From a virus (Duplodnaviria > Caudoviricetes), in the IMG/VR virus record IMGVR_UViG_3300024331_000005, positions 1 through 41,099 of that record: a DNA stretch of 41,099 nt; one strand, given 5' to 3'. The notes beneath the pieces are model-generated. The model worked only from the letters and a program-made list of their open reading frames with translations. It ran no database searches and was not told the origin of the DNA. Below, piece by piece: positions 27,155 through 36,136 of this stretch (positions are counted from its first letter, which is position 1; each line of letters begins with the position of its first letter). The position numbers were made by a program, and so were the translations under genes.

Positions 27155-27367
27155 ATGAGCGAAATGTTGAAACGATCCGGTCTCGTGCTATACGCGAAAG
27201 CGCCGCCGAACATTTGCTACCTAGAAATAGTCGATAAGCGCAAGATTGTTGCATTCACTTTGCGCGGTGCTTTCTGGTGCAGGCCCGGTAAGAATCCACG
27301 CAGAATAGCGGCTCCATGCCGAAACTCGCCGGCGCTTGGGCAGACAACCAACCAAGGGCGGGAGTGA
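27155..27367 (+). CDS. Hypothetical protein
   Basis: Strong GGAGG RBS. Confidence 0.55.
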   Translation: MSEMLKRSGLVLYAKAPPNICYLEIVDKRKIVAFTLRGAFWCRPGKNPRRIAAPCRNSPALGQTTNQGRE

Positions 27368-27594
27368 GCGTGAATGAGTACGTATCAACAGCGACCGAGG
27401 CAAAAAAGTATATCGGTCAAACGTTGTATTGGGATGACGCAAGCAATCGCTATGTATTTCTGCGCAGCGGTATTCTAGAAGAAGTGACCGGGAAAAATTT
27501 GCGGATTGACGGCGATTACAAATACATCAAAGATTTGCCAGGACTACGAAATTTTCCAGAGGGCGGGAAATTTGCCCAAGCGGTAAAACGCTAA
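27364..27594 (+). CDS. Hypothetical protein
   Basis: GTG start coupled to the upstream stop; converges on the minus-strand operon. Confidence 0.6.
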   Translation: MSVNEYVSTATEAKKYIGQTLYWDDASNRYVFLRSGILEEVTGKNLRIDGDYKYIKDLPGLRNFPEGGKFAQAVKR

Positions 27595-27812
27595 CCCTCC
27601 CCCATCATCTCCCCAGCCTTGTCGAGCAGGGCGTGGAAAGCGTCTAGGCGAGCGAATGTAAGGCGTAGTTCGGCTAGTCGGCGCTCTGATTCCGGCGTCA
27701 CGCCAAGTTTCACGCTCACATGCACGTTGCGGGCGGCTCGTTCGGAGACGGATTTCACGAGCAAGTGTGCCGCCTGGTTCGGCATGAATCCGGAGGGCTT
27801 GGCGCGGGTCAT
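27591..27812 (-). CDS. Hypothetical protein
   Basis: ATGA-coupled to the methyltransferase gene. Confidence 0.5.
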   Translation of the reverse strand: MTRAKPSGFMPNQAAHLLVKSVSERAARNVHVSVKLGVTPESERRLAELRLTFARLDAFHALLDKAGEMMGEG

Positions 27813-28570
27813 TTCTGCGCACCCATGAATTCGTCCCGCTGCACTTGGTCGAAAGCATCTGCAAGCGATCCCTGTACCGGCTTGGGTTTCGGCGGCTCAA
27901 ATAGCGATTGCTGACGCTGTGCGTTTTCTATGCGCTCGCAGGCTATGTCGAAATACTTTGGCTCTAACTCGATGCCGATAAACTTGCGGCCGAGTTGCAT
28001 GGCCGCTACACCAGTGGTGCCGCTGCCCATGAAGGGGTCGAGGATGGTTTCGCCCTTGTCGGTGAATTGATCAACCCATTTGCGCAAAAGTGCGGGCGGT
28101 TTTCCGGTAGGATGGTCACCATCAACCTTGGGAAACGTCCAAACAGCATGATGGCCGCCGCCATTCCATCGCTTAGCGCCAGACCGATGTAGGCAAGCAA
28201 TCGCCTCCCATCCTGTGCCGGGCCTATCGCCCGTAAACTGTGGTGCGCCGTTCGGCTTGATCCAAACGCCAAGACGCACTAGAAATTCATGTTCGTCTAA
28301 TTGCGCAGCATGCCGCCATTCGCAGGACATAACCACACACCTATTGGCCTTTTCGACCAACTGCTCACACAAAGGCATAAAATCTGCGTCTGGGAGGCTT
28401 GCAAAGTCTATTAGTACCTTATCCCCATCCGTTCCTGTTCTGGCCCCTGCATGCGTTCTGGCCCCATAAGGCGGATCAGTAATCACCGCGTCCACCTTGG
28501 GCAGCGCCGGGAGAATTTCACGGCAATTCCCAAGGTATAGCATGGCGTCGCCTATGATTACTGGATTCAC
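27809..28570 (-). CDS. N6-A/N4-C DNA methyltransferase (beta class), orphan
   Basis: TDPPY, HPTGKP, LDPFMGSGTTG and FIGIE motifs. Confidence 0.92.
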   Translation of the reverse strand: MNPVIIGDAMLYLGNCREILPALPKVDAVITDPPYGARTHAGARTGTDGDKVLIDFASLPDADFMPLCEQLVEKANRCVVMSCEWRHAAQLDEHEFLVRLGVWIKPNGAPQFTGDRPGTGWEAIACLHRSGAKRWNGGGHHAVWTFPKVDGDHPTGKPPALLRKWVDQFTDKGETILDPFMGSGTTGVAAMQLGRKFIGIELEPKYFDIACERIENAQRQQSLFEPPKPKPVQGSLADAFDQVQRDEFMGAQK

Positions 28571-28725
28571 AGCGACCCCGCAATCATCCGATAAATCACG
28601 AAAGCCCGTTTCCCTGTTTGTAGCGCACCGATCAACGCAATGACTATCGCATACTCCTCCAACTTGTAATGCGAGCAAACGGATTCAAATGCAGACAGGT
28701 CGGCGGGGCTGGGTTTCCATTTCAT
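28567..28725 (-). CDS. Hypothetical 52-aa protein
   Basis: Hand-read MKWKPSPADLSAFE...; coupled at both ends. Confidence 0.5.
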   Translation of the reverse strand: MKWKPSPADLSAFESVCSHYKLEEYAIVIALIGALQTGKRAFVIYRMIAGSL

Positions 28726-29210
28726 TTTAAACGCTCCTCTACATCCATCACGGAAGTTGCCATAAATGCCAGCGCCCCAGCAGCCGACGCAGCCGACAGG
28801 AATAGTTCCTGATCCGGAGTCAGTTTGCCGCCCGGACGTTTTACTTCGCAGTAGCCAGCTTTCCCGCCCTTGAGCAAGAAGTGTATGTCAGGAAATCCCT
28901 TGATGGTGTTATAGCGCGTGTACCGGGTATTTCCGTATGCGTCAGTCGCCACAGCTACCCCGGAATTGAACCGCCCGACAAAGGCCACTTTAGGGTGAAC
29001 GGCTAGGTATTTGATGATGGCGCGCTGGATATCGCCCTCTAATGGCTCCCCGGATGGATTTACAGCCCGTTTAGCGCGTTCCTGGCGCTCGGGTGGCGCT
29101 GGCATATCACTGCGCACCGGAACGCCTCGCATAGCCGCATACAACGCCTCAGACCTAGCGTTTGAGCGGAGTTTGTCGGCGTGGGAAGTGCGGCCTCTAG
29201 TCGGTTTCAT
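28722..29210 (-). CDS. VRR-NUC nuclease
   Basis: E.DIQ..I, GFPDI, EVKRPGGKL...Q..F. Confidence 0.88.
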   Translation of the reverse strand: MKPTRGRTSHADKLRSNARSEALYAAMRGVPVRSDMPAPPERQERAKRAVNPSGEPLEGDIQRAIIKYLAVHPKVAFVGRFNSGVAVATDAYGNTRYTRYNTIKGFPDIHFLLKGGKAGYCEVKRPGGKLTPDQELFLSAASAAGALAFMATSVMDVEERLK

Positions 29211-29377
29211 TTCCTTCCCCACCATTGGTCATAGCATTGATCGTAGCGCTTGCCACTCTCTTGACAGGCTTTCATGTACTTTTCAAATACTCCGTCAGAA
29301 AACGCCGGATAAATGCAAATCGCTAAAACAAATATCACGACAAGCGATATTAAAAACATCTTCGCAAACTTTTCCAT
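29207..29377 (-). CDS. Small membrane/secreted protein (56 aa)
   Basis: Hand-read MEKFAKMFLISLVVIFVLAICIYPAFS...C..C; coupled to both neighbours. Confidence 0.6.
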   Translation of the reverse strand: MEKFAKMFLISLVVIFVLAICIYPAFSDGVFEKYMKACQESGKRYDQCYDQWWGRK

Positions 29378-29661
29378 CACTTCCCCTCTAGCAGCGCGTC
29401 GAAAGTGCGATTGAAAGCGCGTAACTCATGCTCCCAATATGCCTTATCATCGCCATCAGCCCCGTCTAGGCTTTGTTGGGCCGCGCGCATTAGGCAAGCG
29501 GTCAAAGCATCGCACCACGCCTGCCGATGTGTCGATAAATCTTCCATAGCCTCTTCCTGCTGGAGAGATTGCAGGGCCATGTCTGCGAGCGTAACCAGCT
29601 CAGGCCATGCGCTCCATACATTGCGAAGTGTTTCGATGCGCTCTTTGCTCAATTCGCTCAT
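29377..29661 (-). CDS. Hypothetical protein
   Basis: Start MSELSKE with AAGGA RBS. Confidence 0.6.
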   Translation of the reverse strand: MSELSKERIETLRNVWSAWPELVTLADMALQSLQQEEAMEDLSTHRQAWCDALTACLMRAAQQSLDGADGDDKAYWEHELRAFNRTFDALLEGK

Positions 29662-29665
29662 GGCG

Positions 29666-30433
29666 TCAGTCCTTCGGTGCGCGTGGGAGTGGTTCGAAGC
29701 GGCCATCTTCAAACTCGTCAGTAGGCCGAATCCAAAACGCGCCATCTTCGCCCTGATAGATCACGCAATCGCGCATATCCATATGCCCGGTGGATTGCAA
29801 CTTGCCGCGCCCAATTTCGGTATAAGTAGTTCCGCGCTTCTTGTGCCGCCATTTCTTCCCCGCCGCCGGGGCTTTGGGAGCGGCGGCAAGAAGGTCGCGC
29901 CATACCAGATTGAGTGCGTCGGTCATCTGGTCGCCAGTAAGTGGCGTGCGGTTTGAAATGAAGCCGGTAAACGTAGCGAATAGTTTACCTCGCATGTGGT
30001 CAGTTGCCTCTCTCGGCACCAACTGCCAGTCGCCGGGATGGGAGTGCGGGGCGGCGAGCGGGCAAGCAGCAAGCAAAGTTGTAATCTCGCGTTCTCGCGT
30101 ATAAAGTCCTTGCAGCCGTTCCGCATAGCCGCTCGGGCTTAGATCGCCAGCTTGCAGCATGTTGGCATAGTCAAGTTTCTTGCACACATACTCAGTGAAG
30201 CAAGTTTTCACCTTGGCGTACCACGCATCGAAGCCCCCCTCACCTTGCGGCTGCTGGGCGGCGAGTCGAAGTGCGGACGGGTTGAAGCATGGATCAAACT
30301 CGGCCAACACTGCATTGATCTGATCGCCGGTCATTCCGCTTTCCGACAATGCGCCACGTTGCTCTAGTACGGCATCGCGGAACGCTTCCATGGCATCGGC
30401 CTGTGCCGCCAAAAGCTTCTGTGGTTCATTCAT
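29666..30433 (-). CDS. Mosaic phage protein with C-terminal DUF1653-like domain
   Basis: WQLVP.E.T; WRHKK.G..Y......VIY....G..WIRP..EF..GRF. Confidence 0.7.
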   Translation of the reverse strand: MNEPQKLLAAQADAMEAFRDAVLEQRGALSESGMTGDQINAVLAEFDPCFNPSALRLAAQQPQGEGGFDAWYAKVKTCFTEYVCKKLDYANMLQAGDLSPSGYAERLQGLYTREREITTLLAACPLAAPHSHPGDWQLVPREATDHMRGKLFATFTGFISNRTPLTGDQMTDALNLVWRDLLAAAPKAPAAGKKWRHKKRGTTYTEIGRGKLQSTGHMDMRDCVIYQGEDGAFWIRPTDEFEDGRFEPLPRAPKD

Positions 30434-30645
30434 GACGGGTCGTCCTTAAAATTACATATAAGCGCAAGACCAAGAAATCCAAAAGCGAAGGCATGAATCG
30501 CGGCAAGCAATTGATAACCAACCATCGTATCGCCATGCTCAGCCGTATTTATAAACATGAATAGACCTAATTTGATGGTCATTGCGCAAATAACCATTGC
30601 CGAAAGAAAAACAAGAAACCTTCCTAATGCGATAGGTATGCTCAT
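30430..30645 (-). CDS. Two-TM membrane protein
   Basis: Two hydrophobic segments. Confidence 0.65.
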   Translation of the reverse strand: MSIPIALGRFLVFLSAMVICAMTIKLGLFMFINTAEHGDTMVGYQLLAAIHAFAFGFLGLALICNFKDDPS

Positions 30646-30903
30646 TTATTTATCCTTGAATGATTGCGGGAAGGCGTCCTTAATGAGATCGGACGCCTCG
30701 GTATCTTCGCCAACCTTGAAATGCAGATGCGTCAGTTCAGCGCACTCCCTCACCGCAGCGTCGGTGGCGGCGAGCCAGGTGCGCGCGATTTCACGCTCAA
30801 GATCGCGCATGATTGCGGCACGCACTTCCGGGTCGCGCTCAGACGCTAACTTGAGCGTCAGGCCGCGCAGAATCGCTTCGAACTCTCTCCTCGGGTCAGT
30901 CAT
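30646..30903 (-). CDS. Hypothetical protein
   Basis: Start MTDPRRE overlapping the upstream gene end. Confidence 0.55.
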   Translation of the reverse strand: MTDPRREFEAILRGLTLKLASERDPEVRAAIMRDLEREIARTWLAATDAAVRECAELTHLHFKVGEDTEASDLIKDAFPQSFKDK

Positions 30904-31264
30904 GTTGGGCCTTTCGGGCGGCGTCGATAGCGGCGTCAAGACGATCACCGGCATTGCCGATGTCATCCTTATCACTGAATCGCTCGTCCACCTCCATGCC
31001 AAGCGAAACATACTTGCTAACCTGGACTTTGCCGCGATAAGTAGACCAGTGCGCAATTGCAGTCTTGCGGATATGCCTATACCTCTCCGCATCCACCTTC
31101 GCCACCGCAAGCTCAGTGCGGGCGGCGGTGAGTTGGGCGCGCAGGTTGGCAATCGCAGTCCGCTCGAATAAGCCGTAGCCCGCCAAGTCCCACTCGTATG
31201 CGGTATGGTGAATCGTCAATTCCGTAGCGCCGCACATAGGCGTCTTTCCGTCTGCTTTGGTCAT
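30896..31264 (-). CDS. Hypothetical phage protein
   Basis: DAERYR..R...LDAAIDAA motif common in lambdoid early genes. Confidence 0.7.
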   Translation of the reverse strand: MTKADGKTPMCGATELTIHHTAYEWDLAGYGLFERTAIANLRAQLTAARTELAVAKVDAERYRHIRKTAIAHWSTYRGKVQVSKYVSLGMEVDERFSDKDDIGNAGDRLDAAIDAARKAQHD

Positions 31265-31674
31265 GAAATAAATTTCCTCGCTTCACGGTGCAATTGTTGA
31301 TGATGGGATTTGCAAAGCCAAACTACATCGAGCGGTAACGAATAGCAGGGATGATGCCCTTCTGTTTTTTCTTCCCCACAAACAAAACAGGGCTGTTTGA
31401 TTACCTTTCCGTTTTTCACGGCATTGCTTAATTTTTGCGCTGCCCTCACTCTTTCCGGGCGAGTTTTTAGGCGTTTTGCAAAGGCTCTTTTCATAACAGC
31501 TTTCCATTTCGCTGTAGCTCTATATTTCCTGTAATTCTTAAGGGCGCTCGCACTTTCACGTTGAGCGTTAATTCGGCATTCTGTGCAAGTAGCCTGTAGT
31601 CCATCCTTCCGCGTTCTATCTTTGTTGAACGCGGATTCGTCCTTAAACTCTTTGCATTTGGTACATTTTTTCAT
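31261..31674 (-). CDS. HNH-type endonuclease
   Basis: CTKC..F..D...KDGL...C.EC; PCFVCG....GHH..Y..PLDV.WLC..HH..LH. Confidence 0.85.
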   Translation of the reverse strand: MKKCTKCKEFKDESAFNKDRTRKDGLQATCTECRINAQRESASALKNYRKYRATAKWKAVMKRAFAKRLKTRPERVRAAQKLSNAVKNGKVIKQPCFVCGEEKTEGHHPCYSLPLDVVWLCKSHHQQLHREARKFIS

Positions 31675-31705
31675 CTCAACTCTTTTTCATCGGCGGTCAT
31701 TTAGG

Positions 31706-31933
31706 CTATTCCCCTATGTTTGTGCGGTGGCTTTCCATCTCTTTTCGGAGCGCCATTTCGCGTCCTGGCCCATCGTATCGGCGCAGTTCCTTGATGCCTT
31801 CGCGGGCCTTGAACTCGCGCGCAGTGATGCCGTGCCAGTCGCTTACGATGAGCTTGCCATCGGCTAGGTAATTGAAGTTGCCGTAGATCGGGTAATCGTC
31901 CGGCAGGATCGGTTCGTCAAGGTCGGCGGTCAT
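31706..31933 (-). CDS. Hypothetical protein
   Basis: Coupled ORF with GGAG RBS. Confidence 0.65.
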   Translation of the reverse strand: MTADLDEPILPDDYPIYGNFNYLADGKLIVSDWHGITAREFKAREGIKELRRYDGPGREMALRKEMESHRTNIGE

Positions 31934-32541
31934 TTAGGCTCCACGAGGCGGTAGGCGATGATGTTTCGTGCGCGCGGGCCGCCACGTTCCCAGCGCCAAT
32001 CTAGCCGCGCCTCTTTCGCCTCGGTTTCTTCAAAGTTAGAGCCGTCATCCCGGACGATGCGAAGTTGAACGATGGTTCCTTCCTCAACCGGACATTCGCC
32101 ACCGTCATGCTTCACCCACCCGCCCTCCGACTGCTCGGCGTGCTGGGGAGTGTGCTCGGCGAGTTCGGCTTCGGTCGGCATGCGCCAGCAAGGGAACATT
32201 GCATGCTTCCCGGCGTTTAGTTCACCACCTCCAATAAGAATGACCTTGATCCATGCTCCGGCGTATTCAACAAATTCCGCCAGCACATTGCAGTTATCCG
32301 CGAATCCGCAGATCACTTTCTGCCCTGGCACTAGCAGGCGCTGCTCTTGCGCCTGCGGTTCTGGTTGCGGAGTGGGTTCTATGGCATCCAGTGCCTTGAT
32401 GAGGTCTTCGGCGTTGTCGAATACCTCCCCGTTATGCGGCTCATCCAATGCCTCTTGGATCAACTCGCGCTCTGTTTTTTCTACGCGCACCAGGCGCATA
32501 GCGGGAAAAGGATCAACGTCTTGCAGAGTGGGGATTTTCAT
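31930..32541 (-). CDS. Hypothetical protein with C-terminal W..HDG..CPV...W.W...IIAYR domain
   Basis: Recognisable small phage domain; coupled to the cro-like gene. Confidence 0.7.
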   Translation of the reverse strand: MKIPTLQDVDPFPAMRLVRVEKTERELIQEALDEPHNGEVFDNAEDLIKALDAIEPTPQPEPQAQEQRLLVPGQKVICGFADNCNVLAEFVEYAGAWIKVILIGGGELNAGKHAMFPCWRMPTEAELAEHTPQHAEQSEGGWVKHDGGECPVEEGTIVQLRIVRDDGSNFEETEAKEARLDWRWERGGPRARNIIAYRLVEPK

Positions 32542-32792
32542 TTGGCTTTCTCCTCACGTTCATTACAGATTGCCCGTAGATAGGCCCAATCGACATCTGG
32601 CCGGAGTTGCTCGCATGTAATCGCCCGCTCCGTCGCTCTCTCGATTGCCGGGCAATGCTCCGCTGGAATATTCTGGCGATTTAGCCAGTTCCAGACATGC
32701 GATTGAGTTACGCCAATAGCCATTGCAAGGGCCGATTGCCCTCCGCAATGGGTAATGGCACGCTTAAGGGCTGTCATGGGGGATATAGTCAT
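32538..32792 (-). CDS. cro: Cro/YdaS-like HTH regulator
   Basis: AI...GGQ.ALA..IGV.Q..V.NW....IPAE.CP.IE.AT......LRPDVDW. Confidence 0.88.
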   Translation of the reverse strand: MTISPMTALKRAITHCGGQSALAMAIGVTQSHVWNWLNRQNIPAEHCPAIERATERAITCEQLRPDVDWAYLRAICNEREEKAK

Positions 32793-32798
32793 GTGCCA

Positions 32799-32890
32799 AG
32801 TCTAACCACAAACGTATTAGCCTGTCAACAACAATATTTGTAACTTTTTACCACAAGTGTATTGACAATGGATTTAGTCGCGCCCATAAT
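32799..32890. promoter_or_regulatory. Divergent early promoters with operator-like repeats
   Basis: Plus: TTGACA(32862)-17-CATAAT(32885). Minus: TTGACA(32828)-18-TAGACT. ACCACAAnnGTATT at 32805-18 and 32850-63. Confidence 0.8.
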
Positions 32891-32926
32891 CACCTCACGT
32901 TAACCCCGCGCCAAAAGGAAATCATC

Positions 32927-33115
32927 ATGAGCAAACTGACCTACGAAACGAAAGCACCGGGAAATATTTCGGTGTATCTGGACAAAAAGCCGGTCGGCAC
33001 GATCCGCCGCACTAAGGGGCTGAATTTTCCCGAGTATGTTTTTTTCCCCAAAGGAAGCAAGAATGGCGGCGACAAGTTTTCATCTTTGGAAGCTTGCAAG
33101 GAGTCGCTCAAATGA
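32927..33115 (+). CDS. Hypothetical early protein
   Basis: AAGGA RBS; first gene after the promoter. Confidence 0.7.
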   Translation: MSKLTYETKAPGNISVYLDKKPVGTIRRTKGLNFPEYVFFPKGSKNGGDKFSSLEACKESLK

Positions 33116-33435
33116 ACTGCCTGCCGAAGCCCCACGTTCCCGCCATTTTCCACACTCAAGCATTGGGCGATCTGCGCACCCCGACGCTCGACAAGTTCGC
33201 CCAAGTCGCCGCAGACGTGCGCAATATCCTGAAAGTCGAGCGGATCGCGGAACAAATCTCCGCCCTGCGCAATCTCGAACCGGCAGACGTTGTGCTGATC
33301 CTCAAGGCGCTGGAACTGGCGGATCGGGGCGAGTGCGCGCCCTACCTGCAAGAGTGCCGCGAAGGCTGCGAAGATGAGGCGCGGATTGATGCGCTACCGG
33401 AAGGTGGGCCGCTGCCGGTGCGGAGGTCGGTATGA
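33112..33435 (+). CDS. Hypothetical protein
   Basis: AAGGAG RBS, ATGA coupling. Confidence 0.65.
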   Translation: MNCLPKPHVPAIFHTQALGDLRTPTLDKFAQVAADVRNILKVERIAEQISALRNLEPADVVLILKALELADRGECAPYLQECREGCEDEARIDALPEGGPLPVRRSV

Positions 33436-33695
33436 GCAGAGCGGAGATTTATCGGAGGGCGGCGGAAGCAATCGACCGAAAAGAGGAGGAATTTTCCTGT
33501 TGCGCGGTTAGCAATGTTTGTTGCAGTAGAGATACATGGCTGGAAAGAAAAGTTTATAGCGAGAGGTTTGCCAGCCAAGAACAATCTTGGGGCTGGATTC
33601 TGGATGCCGATGATGCCCACAAGCATTGGGGTAAAAAAGGGCGGGTAATTGCCCTCTGCTTCGCCGCCGCGATGGCTGAAACGGGGGATTTGTGA
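33432..33695 (+). CDS. Hypothetical protein
   Basis: GGAGG RBS; R..ALCFAAAM C-terminus. Confidence 0.7.
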   Translation: MSRAEIYRRAAEAIDRKEEEFSCCAVSNVCCSRDTWLERKVYSERFASQEQSWGWILDADDAHKHWGKKGRVIALCFAAAMAETGDL

Positions 33696-34084
33696 ACCGC
33701 ATACAAGCCTTCAAAGACGGACTATGGCAGGGACAGCCTAACAAGTGGATTCCCCCCTGCCCAAGCCTCTGCCAAATCGCCCTAGTGCTGGCTGCGGTGG
33801 TGATGGCGTGTGCGGCGGGGTGTGCAAGTGTGCCTGCTGACTATTGGCAGAATAGTTATGATCCATATCCAGTCGTATCGGTGCAATACGTGGCCGATCC
33901 TGGCGTCATGTGCGGCGAGCCTGCGGATGGCTGCACGGTGCGCAATCCTTCGCTTAAGACGGCGCGCATTTACATCAAAGCTGGAATGCCTGAATGGAAA
34001 ACGCAATGCACGTTGAGGCACGAAGAAAAACATGCCAACGGCTACACGCATCGCAAGGGATTAATTTCGGATTGTTATTACTAG
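33692..34084 (+). CDS. Putative lipoprotein with HExxH motif
   Basis: LVLAAVVMACAAG-C lipobox-like segment; C.LRHEEKH. Confidence 0.6.
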   Translation: MNRIQAFKDGLWQGQPNKWIPPCPSLCQIALVLAAVVMACAAGCASVPADYWQNSYDPYPVVSVQYVADPGVMCGEPADGCTVRNPSLKTARIYIKAGMPEWKTQCTLRHEEKHANGYTHRKGLISDCYY

Positions 34085-34093
34085 GAGAAGAAA

Positions 34094-34399
34094 ATGCGTG
34101 AACTCTGGAACGAAGTGGTGTGCAAGGATGGCGTGCATTTGAGCGTGCAGGCTGGCAAGTCGCACTATTGCAGCCCGCGCTCCGATACAGGGCCATACCA
34201 TGCCGTAGAAGTCGGATTCATTCAGGACAAGCAAGACCAGCCATTTACGCCGCCGGAAACTTGGCGCGAATATGGTGATGGCGGATTCCCAAGCGATGTT
34301 TACGGATACATCCCTGTTCAATTAGTGCGTGAATTCATCGACGCGCACGGCGGTCCTGAAACTGGCAGATACGGTGCAGCCACTCCGTACGAAGCCTAA
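34094..34399 (+). CDS. Conserved hypothetical phage protein
   Basis: C.DG..LSVQA...HYCSPR..Y..VEVG..VYGY.P......I..HGG. Confidence 0.8.
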   Translation: MRELWNEVVCKDGVHLSVQAGKSHYCSPRSDTGPYHAVEVGFIQDKQDQPFTPPETWREYGDGGFPSDVYGYIPVQLVREFIDAHGGPETGRYGAATPYEA

Positions 34400-34502
34400 C
34401 CCGCAGCCGCTTCCGGGCAAGATCAACGGAGCCGGGCGCACTGTCGAGCGCCGCTGTCAATCCTGATAACCGCTGGATGGCTCCAACCTTACAAGGAATA
34501 GC

Positions 34503-35174
34503 ATGACTGTCACGTATCACAAGGAGTTGATCCAAGGCTCTCAGGAATGGCTAGATGCACGCTGCGGCATGCTTACGGCGTCCGAGATGGGCTTAATCAT
34601 CACTCCAACACTCAAAGCCGCCAGTAACGAAAAAGAGCGCACGCATCTGTACGAATTGCTTGCCCAACGCGTGACTAAGTACGTCGAGCCGCGTTATATT
34701 GGCGACGAGATGCTTAGGGGAATCGACGATGAAATACTGGCGCGCGATCTGTACGCAAAAAACTACGCGCCAGTGCAGGAGGTCGGATTCATCACGAATG
34801 ACAAATGGGGATTCACGCTCGGCTATTCACCCGATGCGCTTGTCGGCGATGATGGGCTGATTGAGTGCAAATCCAGGCGGCAAAAGTTTCAGGTACAGAC
34901 TTTTTGCGAGGGAAGCGCGGCGGCAGCGTTCGTTATCCAGTTGCAAACCGGCTTGCTTGTAAGCGAGCGGGAATGGATCGACTTCATCAGTTATTCCGGT
35001 GGCCTGCCCATGTTCGTTACCCGCGTGCGTCCGATACCGGAATATCAGGAGGCAATCATCACGGCAGCTACAGCATTTGAGGAGCGGCTTGCAAAAAACA
35101 TGGAAAAGTATCTGGAAAATATCAAGGGTAGTATCCCGACTGAGCGCAGGATTGAACAGGAGATGTACACGTGA
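34503..35174 (+). CDS. YqaJ/lambda-exonuclease-family nuclease
   Basis: QGS.EW...R.G.LTAS, SPDALV..DGLIECK, Q.Q..L.VS.R.W.DF.SY. Confidence 0.92.
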   Translation: MTVTYHKELIQGSQEWLDARCGMLTASEMGLIITPTLKAASNEKERTHLYELLAQRVTKYVEPRYIGDEMLRGIDDEILARDLYAKNYAPVQEVGFITNDKWGFTLGYSPDALVGDDGLIECKSRRQKFQVQTFCEGSAAAAFVIQLQTGLLVSEREWIDFISYSGGLPMFVTRVRPIPEYQEAIITAATAFEERLAKNMEKYLENIKGSIPTERRIEQEMYT

Positions 35175-35413
35175 GCAAGCAAACCGAAGCAAAAGAACGT
35201 CAGCAATACACGCCTAAAGCTATTCCGAATCTATGCGGAAACTGCGCAAATAGAAAATTTGACCGCGTTGATACAAATGAAGAATCAGCGAAAAAATTTC
35301 CGCACAGCAACATTCAGCCCTATTTTCAAGATGTAAATCAGCGTTGCGGTATTGGAGGATTTGCAATCAAAAAAATGGGGACTTGCTCAGAATGGACGGG
35401 GATTGAAAAATGA
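35171..35413 (+). CDS. Small Cys-containing protein
   Basis: CGNC...C...C; coupled to neighbours. Confidence 0.65.
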   Translation: MSKQTEAKERQQYTPKAIPNLCGNCANRKFDRVDTNEESAKKFPHSNIQPYFQDVNQRCGIGGFAIKKMGTCSEWTGIEK

Positions 35414-35970
35414 CCGATATGACCGCAGCCATCATCCCGAAGTCCGATCAACTCAACGCCGACGACTGCATCACCGGCCCTATCACCATCAAAATCAGCG
35501 ATGTGATCATTCGCAGCGGACAGGAGCAGCCGGTATCAATCCACTACGAAAACGACGCAGGAAAGCCATATAAGCCCTGTAAGAGCATGTCGCGTGTGCT
35601 GGTGACTGCATGGGGTCCGGATGCGAAACAGTACGTGGGCCGCAGTCTCACGCTTTACCGCGATCCGTCCGTAAAATGGGGCGGAATGGAAGTCGGCGGC
35701 TTGCGGATCAGCCACATGACGGACATTGAGGGGCTGCTGACAATGGCGCTGACGGCCACTAAGGGCTCGCGCAAACCGTTCACCGTGCGCCCCCTGGAAG
35801 TCGCGCCGCCGATTGATCCGAATACGGACTGGCCGACTGAAATTCTCGGTTGCCAGAGCGTTGACGAACTGCGCATTCTGGTTGATACGAGGATGAGCGC
35901 CACTCTACGCGAACAGCACAAAAAGCTGATCGTTGCGCGGAAAAAGGAATTGACCAATGCCGCGCCCTAA
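35410..35970 (+). CDS. Putative ssDNA-binding/annealing protein
   Basis: PKSDQLNADD..KPCKSM.RVL...WG....GR.L.LY.D..V..GG..VGG.RI family, located next to the YqaJ exonuclease; function inferred. Confidence 0.6.
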   Translation: MTDMTAAIIPKSDQLNADDCITGPITIKISDVIIRSGQEQPVSIHYENDAGKPYKPCKSMSRVLVTAWGPDAKQYVGRSLTLYRDPSVKWGGMEVGGLRISHMTDIEGLLTMALTATKGSRKPFTVRPLEVAPPIDPNTDWPTEILGCQSVDELRILVDTRMSATLREQHKKLIVARKKELTNAAP

Positions 35971-36136
35971 CGTCGAACACATCCTGAAAGCCGCCCAGCA
36001 CGTCAAAGCGAGCGAACAGAGCGAAATGCACAACGAGCCGCGCGTAGCCATGCATCACGCAACGCTCGCCATCGAATCGTTACTTTTGTGGCAGCGCTCG
36101 CTAGTCGAATCGCGCAAGCCAGAGGAGGGGGTATGA
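35957..36136 (+). CDS. Hypothetical 59-aa protein
   Basis: Hand-read MPRPNVEHILK...; AAGGA RBS; coupled to the next gene. Confidence 0.55.
   Translation: MPRPNVEHILKAAQHVKASEQSEMHNEPRVAMHHATLAIESLLLWQRSLVESRKPEEGV

Noticed and set aside
27809-29210. Methyltransferase plus nuclease as a restriction-modification system
   Set aside because: VRR-NUC proteins and orphan methyltransferases are routine, independent phage genes.
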